NCBI GenBank assembly: GCA_048885925.1
Contig: JBHLLG010000026.1
Span: 1-35,555, forward strand
DNA from: Candidatus Hermodarchaeota archaeon
Lineage (GTDB): Archaea > Asgardarchaeota > Lokiarchaeia > Sigyniarchaeales > SOKP01
DNA length: 35,555 nt
Reading direction: 5' to 3'
How positions within the stretch are numbered: the stretch's first letter is position 1; each line of letters opens with the position of its first letter. Positions 28,593 to 35,555 of this stretch are shown here, one piece after another. A program made the position numbers and the translations under genes. The notes beneath the pieces are model-generated. The model did no database searches and was not told where the DNA came from. It saw only the letters and a program-made list of their open reading frames with translations.

Positions 28593-28763
28593 ATGTCAAA
28601 TAAATTGGTATGTAGTATATGCGGTTCAGAAAGATCAGTTCCTATTTGTTGTGAGAAATCAATGATGGTAAAAGGTGATTACTTACTGTGTTGTTGCTCA
28701 AAAGATTGTGGTTATCAACCTATTCCTGAATGTTGTGGAAAGAAAATGATGTATATTGAATAA
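28593..28763 (+). CDS. 56-aa cysteine-rich metal-binding protein
   Basis: MSNKLVCSICGSERSVPICCEKSMMVKGDYLLCCCSKDCGYQPIPECCGKKMMYIE: 10 Cys with an internally duplicated P-x-CC-x-K-x-M motif. Confidence 0.75.
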   Translation: MSNKLVCSICGSERSVPICCEKSMMVKGDYLLCCCSKDCGYQPIPECCGKKMMYIE

Positions 28764-28784
28764 TAAAGGGAAATAAAAACTTTT

Positions 28785-30365
28785 TTAATAAACAAGATTT
28801 GCAATTATATCCTTAGCAACATCAGCTTGCTTTTTGCTCAATATTTTTCTTATCCTTAAATCATTGATAGCATCTTCAAGGCGTGTATCTAAATTCTTAA
28901 TTTCCATTAGATTATTTTTATCGCCTTGACTTTCAACTAGTTCTATCATAGCATTGTCTTTATTCATTAAATCTCTTAATTTTTGTCTAAAACTCCCTTT
29001 AACTTTGGTGCTTACAATTTTTCCTCCATCTATTAATATTGGTAATACGGGGGCTCGTTCTGTTGTTCTATTTGTTGTGGGATCTAAAAAGAAAAATATG
29101 TATATTGGAATCCCTACTATTACATTCTTAGTCTTTATTTCAAGAGTATAATCATTGAAAAAATTCTGAACATTTGTCATTTCGGTATCGATTATATATT
29201 CAATATTATCTAGACAAGATTGCTTTTCTGTTTTTATTTTTGCTACTATATCTTCTGCAGATGTCAAATCACTGCTTAATTCACTGTGTTTTTGTTGAAT
29301 TTGTTTCTCTACTTCTACTTTTTTACGCTCTAATTCTCTCACTTTTTGTTGTTTTGATTTTTCTAAATCAGAAACTTCTTTTTGTACATTTTTTCTTAAT
29401 TGATATATTTCATTTTGATATCGAGAGATTGAATTTCCAAGGTCTTGATATTTTAAACTTATATCCTTTAACCCTTCTTCTACCAAAAATAAATCTCGAT
29501 TATTAATTGCATTTTTCAAGCTATCAACACTGTGTTTTAATGTACTAAGTTCGTTGTTTAATTCTCCAGTCTTATCATTTATTTTGTATTTACCAACTTT
29601 AACCAATTCTTCTGGGGATTTTTCTATCTCGCGTTCCATTTCTTCCTGTAATTCTTTATTAAGTATTGAGAGTTGTTTCTCTTCTTCCCCGGTATCTACT
29701 TTTGTATCCCGAATTTTATCAACTTCCTTTCCTCCTTTTTCAATCCATCTCTCACATAATTTTATAATAGCATCTCCATAATTTTCAAGTAAATTTACAT
29801 CTTTTTGCGAGACAAATTCAAAAATTTCAGGTACTATTTTTGCTTGATTTACACTCTTAGCTATCGGACCACCTTCCAATAAAAAATATGGTGTTGAGTG
29901 AGAACTTAAATCGTATTGATTTAAAAGAAAGTTTTGGAAATAATCAACCTCACTTGCATTAAATAAAGCTTCTTGTATTACAGTTCCTCTCTTAAAATTC
30001 TTAGATCTTCTTAAATAGGTACTATTATAATTTTGTAATGAATTAAAAAAAGATTCTGGATCTGCACCTTTAATAACATTTTCAGGTCTCGGAGGAGTTT
30101 GAGCAAACTTTCCCACACTTAACTTTTCTTGTTTATTCATAAGATAACTACAAACGCAAGCTCGAGTATCACTTAAAGGGATTAACCTCACTGGCCAAAA
30201 AGCGGTGGTTATTTTTGATAGTTTGCCTAACTTCTGAAATTTCTTACCATAAATTCCTACACATTCAATCAATCCCATCGCTATTTCGTTTAATAAAGCA
30301 GCTTGGCTTCGCGCGGGAGATATCTCACCCAAATTAATTAAAAAAGGTATAACATTGGTAACCAT
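28785..30365 (-). CDS. hypothetical protein with long central coiled coil
   Basis: 526 aa; E/K/Q/L heptad-rich region at about residues 215-395 flanked by globular segments; no Walker motifs. Confidence 0.85.
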   Translation of the reverse strand: MVTNVIPFLINLGEISPARSQAALLNEIAMGLIECVGIYGKKFQKLGKLSKITTAFWPVRLIPLSDTRACVCSYLMNKQEKLSVGKFAQTPPRPENVIKGADPESFFNSLQNYNSTYLRRSKNFKRGTVIQEALFNASEVDYFQNFLLNQYDLSSHSTPYFLLEGGPIAKSVNQAKIVPEIFEFVSQKDVNLLENYGDAIIKLCERWIEKGGKEVDKIRDTKVDTGEEEKQLSILNKELQEEMEREIEKSPEELVKVGKYKINDKTGELNNELSTLKHSVDSLKNAINNRDLFLVEEGLKDISLKYQDLGNSISRYQNEIYQLRKNVQKEVSDLEKSKQQKVRELERKKVEVEKQIQQKHSELSSDLTSAEDIVAKIKTEKQSCLDNIEYIIDTEMTNVQNFFNDYTLEIKTKNVIVGIPIYIFFFLDPTTNRTTERAPVLPILIDGGKIVSTKVKGSFRQKLRDLMNKDNAMIELVESQGDKNNLMEIKNLDTRLEDAINDLRIRKILSKKQADVAKDIIANLVY

Positions 30366-30629
30366 AATTACTTCACTTAAATTTTCTATATTATTTTTTA
30401 ATGCCGATAGAATAATTAAATTTTACTTTTTAATCCTATTCAAAGTAAAGAATTTCTTTAAAGATTTAAATATATAGAGAAAAAGTAATTATACATTATT
30501 TTTAATTTCTTAATATTTTTAAAAATTAGAAAATATAGAATGGAGAGGGAAAAAGAATTTTTTATCAAGATTAGTATCTTTATTATTTGTATTATTTTAA
30601 TGAGAAAAAAATGAAGTGAATTTTCAAAA

Positions 30630-31442
30630 ATGATGGATAAATTTTTAGAAGGCAAAGGAGCTCTCATTACTGGAGGAGCTTCTGGTTTTGGAAAAGGAGT
30701 AGCTTTTGAATATGCAAAAAGAGGCGCAGACTTAGTTTTAGTTGATATAAATGAAGAAATGTTAGAAGAGACTTCAAAATTAATTGAAAATGAAACAAAA
30801 CAAAAAGTTATTCCTATTATCTGTGATGTGTCTCAAGCCAATCAAGTTAAAGAAATGACAAAACAAACATTTGAAGAAATTGATAATATCTATGTTTTAT
30901 TTAATAATGCTGGGATATGTCCTGGATATGGAAAAAATATACTTGCAGTGGCTGAAAAGACTTGGGATAAAACTATGGACGTGAATCTTAAGGGACAATG
31001 GCTAGTATCAAAATTTATTTGTCGTAATATGAGAAGACAAACCTTTGAGCCTTTAGCAGGAAAAATTATTCATATATCTTCAGATTTTGGAATGGCTGTT
31101 GAGACAACAGTTCCGGTCTATAGTATCAGTAAAGCAGCTGTTATTGCTTTGATGCAGGTATTTGCAAAAGAACTCGCTCCTAAAATAGCTGTTAACTCAA
31201 TTTCCCCTGGTTATCATGCAACTAGATTTTATGGAAATAGCGAGAAAATAATGATCGATACAATGAAAATTGGAAATGTAAAAACTCCTTTAAATCGAAT
31301 AGGCACTGTAGAAGATATTGTTAATGTCGCATTATTCTTAGCTTCACCTGCGTCTAACTTTATAACTGGGCACAATTTTGTAGTTGATGGAGGTATTGCT
31401 GATGTTGGAGTACCAGCAAATTATTTAAAAACAGATATTTAA
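30630..31442 (+). CDS. short-chain dehydrogenase/reductase (classical, probably NAD-preferring)
   Basis: TGGASGFG, VD at end of beta-2, NNAG, YSISK, PG, DGG. Confidence 0.95.
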   Translation: MMDKFLEGKGALITGGASGFGKGVAFEYAKRGADLVLVDINEEMLEETSKLIENETKQKVIPIICDVSQANQVKEMTKQTFEEIDNIYVLFNNAGICPGYGKNILAVAEKTWDKTMDVNLKGQWLVSKFICRNMRRQTFEPLAGKIIHISSDFGMAVETTVPVYSISKAAVIALMQVFAKELAPKIAVNSISPGYHATRFYGNSEKIMIDTMKIGNVKTPLNRIGTVEDIVNVALFLASPASNFITGHNFVVDGGIADVGVPANYLKTDI

Positions 31443-31545
31443 ATAAAATGTTTTATTATGGAAAAAGAAGAATTTTAGGAAAACTGAAGTTTTATATAGT
31501 TATTAGAATTTATTTATAATTTAACAAACAAAAATTGCTAATAAA

Positions 31546-31953
31546 GTGAATAAGATGTTAGATATTTTTATTGCTATTACTCAAATATTATGGGGATTTG
31601 GCATTATTGCTTTTTGGATATACTTTTTTCTCGTTGAGAACAAAAATCCAGAAAGAACAGAAGTATATCTTGTATTTGAAAAATCGTTCGTAGTACCTGA
31701 TATATGTTGGATATCTAGTTGTTATTTTATTTCTGGCATTAGTTTAATCATGAATCAATCTATTTGGATCTTTTTCTCAATAGCGGGTGGCAGTGCAATG
31801 TTATTCCTGTTCCTCATGGATTTATCTTTCAATATACAACAGGGTAACTATAAAAAAGATAAGAGAAAAGAGAATTTGGGTGAGATAGTGATTAATATTC
31901 TGTGTGTAATATTCGGTCCTTTATACATGATATTGGGTTTTGTAAATCTCTAA
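31546..31953 (+). CDS. small 4-TM membrane protein
   Basis: 135 aa with four hydrophobic segments and an FEKSF..PD motif; start GTG or ATG 31555. Confidence 0.75.
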   Translation: MNKMLDIFIAITQILWGFGIIAFWIYFFLVENKNPERTEVYLVFEKSFVVPDICWISSCYFISGISLIMNQSIWIFFSIAGGSAMLFLFLMDLSFNIQQGNYKKDKRKENLGEIVINILCVIFGPLYMILGFVNL

Positions 31954-32068
31954 TTTTTTTTTTATTTCAATCTTTCAAGATTAATTGAAGCTAGTTTTTA
32001 TAAAAAAAGACATCTAAATTTATATCTATAATCATAAAAAAAAATCAAAAAAATAGGAGGTTAAAGTA

Positions 32069-33862
32069 ATGGCTAAAGTTAATGGAGCTCAATTAGTGGT
32101 ACGTGCTTTAGATAATCAAGGTGTTAATGTTATTTTTACCCTTTGTGGAGATAATCGTTTGATCTATCATTATTGTCAGGATTCTTCATGTACTGAGACA
32201 GGAATAGACATTATTGATTTTAGACATGAACAAGCCACAGGACATGCTGCTATTGGATATTATCTTGCTACCGGTCAAGTAGGCGTATGTTCAGTCCAAT
32301 CTGGACCCGGAATTACGAATTTATTCCCGTCAATTCCAATTGCATATGATGCAAGTATTCCCATTGTTGCTATTTGTTCAAGTACAGCTTTAATGGATTT
32401 TGAAAAGTTAGCTCAAAATGAAATCGATGTTGTTCCTTCTTTTCGCCCAGTTACAAAATGGAGCGGTTATTGCTATGAAACTGCTCGTATACCTGAGTAT
32501 ATTAATATGGCATTTAGAATTGCAGCAACTGGGCGACCTGGACCTGTCCTTTTACTCATTCCCTTTGATGTTTTAATAAAAGAATGTGACGATGAATTAG
32601 ACATTATTCAAAGAGCTTTTATGCCCGTTCAGAAATTAAGGAGTTTTTATGGTCCTTATGGAAATAAAGAACTCATAATAGAAGCAACTGATTTACTTAT
32701 GAAAGCAAAAAAACCATTAATAATAGCAGGAAGCGGAGTTGCTTTTTCAGATGCATGTTCAGAATTAAGGAAGTTTGCTGAATTGTTACAAATACCTGTT
32801 GGGTTGTGGGGTTTTGGATTAGGAGAGTTTCCACCAGATCATCCTCTTTATTTCGGACCAGCTAGTCCACTAGACGGTCCAGGAACCGCATTATTACAAA
32901 AAGTAGATGTAGCTTTAATACTGGGATCAAGAATTACTGAATTAATGAATTATGGTTATATGCCCTATTTTTCAGATGATGCAAAGCTTATACAAGTAGA
33001 TATAAAAGCAGAAGAAATTGGTAGAAATCGTGCTATAGAAATACCAATTGTAGGTGATATAAAAGGGGTTCTTACTCAATTAATTGATGCTACAAAAGAA
33101 AAATTAGAAAAACGAAGAACAGAAACATTATGGGTAAAATCAATCCAAGAATATTTAAAAAAATTTGAAGAGCGCCTCGAGAAAGAAGGATCTTCGGACA
33201 AAATCCCAATTCAACCCCAAAGACTTGTAAAGGAAATTCGTGATTTCATGCCTAAAGATGGAATAATTATATTGGATGGTGGTGATACAACAATTTGGGG
33301 ATTAACTTACTTAAGAGCTTATTTTTCAAAAGCCCTTTATTTCTCAGGGGGTTTAGGTATTCAACATCTAGGTGGAGGTGTTCCAATGGCTATTGCATCG
33401 AAATATGTTTATCCTGAAAAAAAAGTTTTAGTTTTGACTGGTGATGGTTCATTCTTATTTAATGGAAAAGAAATAGAGACTGCTCTTAGATTTAATTTAC
33501 CAATTGTAGTTGTTATAAGCAATGATAGACTTTGGGGAATGGTTGCAAGGGGTCAAAAAATGTCTCATGGTAAGAAATTTTTTGGTTTAGGTACTTCTTT
33601 AAGTAATAAGACTCGCTATGATAAATATGCTGAAGCTTTTAATTGCTTTGGAGAATTGGTGACTGATCCTAATGGAATACGCCCAGCATTACAACGTGCT
33701 TTCGATTCAGGTATTCCTGCAGTGATAGATGTAAGAATCAATCCTAAGGTGAATACAGTTATGAATTATCTTGCAAGAGAAGGGTATAATCCAGATAGTT
33801 GGGAACGGATAGTCAAAAAGAAAGAAGAAATCATTCTTGAAATACCATCTAAACGAAATTGA
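32069..33862 (+). CDS. thiamine-diphosphate-dependent enzyme (acetolactate synthase large subunit / 2-hydroxyacyl-CoA lyase-like)
   Basis: RHEQ catalytic Glu, SGPG.TN, GRPGPV, GDGS-x24-ND ThDP motif; AGGAGG SD. Confidence 0.92.
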   Translation: MAKVNGAQLVVRALDNQGVNVIFTLCGDNRLIYHYCQDSSCTETGIDIIDFRHEQATGHAAIGYYLATGQVGVCSVQSGPGITNLFPSIPIAYDASIPIVAICSSTALMDFEKLAQNEIDVVPSFRPVTKWSGYCYETARIPEYINMAFRIAATGRPGPVLLLIPFDVLIKECDDELDIIQRAFMPVQKLRSFYGPYGNKELIIEATDLLMKAKKPLIIAGSGVAFSDACSELRKFAELLQIPVGLWGFGLGEFPPDHPLYFGPASPLDGPGTALLQKVDVALILGSRITELMNYGYMPYFSDDAKLIQVDIKAEEIGRNRAIEIPIVGDIKGVLTQLIDATKEKLEKRRTETLWVKSIQEYLKKFEERLEKEGSSDKIPIQPQRLVKEIRDFMPKDGIIILDGGDTTIWGLTYLRAYFSKALYFSGGLGIQHLGGGVPMAIASKYVYPEKKVLVLTGDGSFLFNGKEIETALRFNLPIVVVISNDRLWGMVARGQKMSHGKKFFGLGTSLSNKTRYDKYAEAFNCFGELVTDPNGIRPALQRAFDSGIPAVIDVRINPKVNTVMNYLAREGYNPDSWERIVKKKEEIILEIPSKRN

Positions 33863-33912
33863 TTAATGAATTTCGAAAAAATTTTAATTTAATTTAAGAA
33901 TATAATATTGTT

Positions 33913-35019
33913 ATGAAAAAAATTGGGTTAATTGTAAATCCAATTGCAGGTATGGGTGGTGCAGTAGGACTTAAAGGAACTGATGGTGGTATCTATAAAG
34001 AAGCCATAAAAAGAGGTGCTACACCCATTACACCACAAAGAGTAAGTGAAACATTATCTTTAATAAAAAGAAAGGAATTGATATTTTTCCTTGTGGCACC
34101 TAGTAATATGGGAGCGGATTATATTAAAAACAAGGAATTTAACTTCGAAATTTTGGGACAGATTGGTGAAATTACAAACTCAGAAGATACTAAAAGAATT
34201 GCAATTGAAATGATTAGAAAGGGTATTGAATTGCTAATTTTTTGTGGTGGAGATGGAACAGCAAGGGATATATATGATGCGATTGGATTACAAATACCTG
34301 TAGTTGCAATTCCTGCTGGAGTAAAAATGTATAGCCCGATTTTTGCTCTAAATCCTCGAGCTGCAGCTCAAATTATTGATAAATTTGTTGAAGAAAAGAT
34401 AGAAAACCAAGATAAAGAAGTATTAGATATTGATGAAGAACTAATCCGAAAAGATTTATTAGAAGCACGCTTATATGGATATTTAAAAGTACCAAAAGTA
34501 TTTAACTTAATACAATCGGGAAAAACCGGTTCAAGTACAGGGAGAACTATCGAAGAGAACAAACAGGAAATTGCTCAATTCACTATTGAAAATATGGAAG
34601 ATGATACCCTATATTTATTAGGGCCTGGTACAACCATAAAAGCTATTGCTGATAACTTAAATTTGCCAAAAACTCTTCTTGGTATTGATGGTATATATAA
34701 TAAAAAAATTATTGGATCTGATTTGAATGAAAAAAGTATTCTTGAATTATTAAATAAATATGAAAAAGTAAAGATTATAATTTCTCCTTCTGGAGGGATT
34801 GGATTTATTTTTGGACGCGGATCACTTCAATTCACTCCAAAAATTATAAAAAAAATTGGAAAAGGAAATATTAAAATAGTAGCAACTAGTGAAAAAATGA
34901 GAGAATTAAGTTGCTTAAGAGTTGATACGGGAGATATTGAAGTAGATAACATGTTTAAAGGATTTATAAAAGTAATAATAGGTTATAAAGAGGAATTAGT
35001 TGTTAGTATTGAATGTTAA
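33913..35019 (+). CDS. ATP-NAD kinase family protein
   Basis: IVNPIAGMGG.VGLKGTDG, GGDGTARD, PAGVKMYS, GPGTT, GFIFGRG, VDTGD. Confidence 0.9.
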   Translation: MKKIGLIVNPIAGMGGAVGLKGTDGGIYKEAIKRGATPITPQRVSETLSLIKRKELIFFLVAPSNMGADYIKNKEFNFEILGQIGEITNSEDTKRIAIEMIRKGIELLIFCGGDGTARDIYDAIGLQIPVVAIPAGVKMYSPIFALNPRAAAQIIDKFVEEKIENQDKEVLDIDEELIRKDLLEARLYGYLKVPKVFNLIQSGKTGSSTGRTIEENKQEIAQFTIENMEDDTLYLLGPGTTIKAIADNLNLPKTLLGIDGIYNKKIIGSDLNEKSILELLNKYEKVKIIISPSGGIGFIFGRGSLQFTPKIIKKIGKGNIKIVATSEKMRELSCLRVDTGDIEVDNMFKGFIKVIIGYKEELVVSIEC

Positions 35020-35555
35020 ATCGGTTCAAAAGCATTTATCTTCTCAAGATGTCCTAGCATTTGAAGATATAACCTATCTCTTTTTTTAAGAATTTCTTGT
35101 TCACTACGTCCACCATAATCGTAAAAACCTATACCTGATTTAGCTCCTAAATGTCCCTTTTCTAGTTTTTCAGTAATAAAAGGAACTTCCATATCACGAG
35201 ATTTGAATATATCATTTAATAGATCTAATCCCATAAAGTCTTGTGATTGAATTATACCTACGATTGGAAGCCTAATACCGAGAGAATATTTAATAGCTAA
35301 GTCAAGCTGTTCTGGAGTAACTAAGTCTCTTGTTATAAGTTCATACATACTTCCAGTAATCGCGCTTTGAATTTTATTTACAATATATAATGGCATAAAT
35401 TTTTTCATTAATAAAGGTTTTTTACCAATTTTTTGTATTAGTTTAATTGAGAAATCTATGACTTCTTTTGACGTTTTCCGTCCAGGAGCAATTTCAACTA
35501 AGGGTATAATATGGGGTGGTGAATAATAATGGTGGGTAATCACTTGTTTAATCTT
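35016..35555 (-). CDS. 3-hydroxyacyl-CoA dehydrogenase family, C-terminal part (5'-truncated)
   Basis: H...PPHIIPLVEI, D..GLD, G.LG.KSG.GFYDY; frame open to the window end. Confidence 0.9.
   Translation of the reverse strand, partial: KIKQVITHHYYSPPHIIPLVEIAPGRKTSKEVIDFSIKLIQKIGKKPLLMKKFMPLYIVNKIQSAITGSMYELITRDLVTPEQLDLAIKYSLGIRLPIVGIIQSQDFMGLDLLNDIFKSRDMEVPFITEKLEKGHLGAKSGIGFYDYGGRSEQEILKKRDRLYLQMLGHLEKINAFEPI

Noticed and set aside
28785-30365. SMC/Rad50 call
   Set aside because: No Walker A/B or signature motif, and too short
30458-30667. 69-aa minus-strand ORF
   Set aside because: Low-complexity AT-rich intergenic translation that overlaps the SDR start
1279-34562. Many short alternative ORFs in the track (for example 1279-1503, 3895-4197, 5899-6291, 8440-8784, 17207-17530, 22905-23702, 28954-29781, 34368-34562)
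   Set aside because: Antisense or off-frame shadows of well-supported genes, with no motifs
1-35555. CRISPR array, tRNA/rRNA, IS elements, prophage or defence genes
   Set aside because: No periodic repeats, extended GC-rich structured RNA or transposase/integrase motifs seen by eye

Overview
A low-GC, gene-dense window that reads as archaeal. Lokiarchaeia-like Asgard origin is an inference from AT-richness, TATA-like upstream elements, two aldehyde:ferredoxin oxidoreductases and protein style. Most of it is an amino-acid fermentation island (about 6.9-28.4 kb) with four parts. (i) Arginine/ornithine catabolism: an ArcE-like P-loop enzyme (putative arginine synthetase, no arginine deiminase in the window), a Giardia-like ornithine carbamoyltransferase, carbamate kinase and ornithine aminotransferase. 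(ii) An AOR plus a fused Fe-S/FAD alpha subunit and a DAO-family beta subunit (amino-acid dehydrogenase operon). (iii) A lysine fermentation operon of the Kat type (kat-kce-kdd-kamA-kamB-kamD-kamE; no kal, no kamC). (iv) Between the Arg/Orn and Lys blocks, a 10-TM EamA/DMT transporter fused to an Lrp/AsnC ligand-binding (RAM) domain, followed by a stand-alone RAM protein. This last pair is the most novel-looking system. Flanks hold two hypothetical proteins (one possibly tandem longin-like), an ABM protein, an alpha/beta hydrolase, a second AOR, a triple-frameshifted YdjC/ChbG pseudogene, a 10-Cys mini-protein, a long coiled-coil protein, an SDR, a ThDP enzyme, an NAD-kinase-family protein and a partial 3-hydroxyacyl-CoA dehydrogenase. 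No rRNA, tRNA, CRISPR array or transposase was recognised. All family calls come from motif recognition without database searches.
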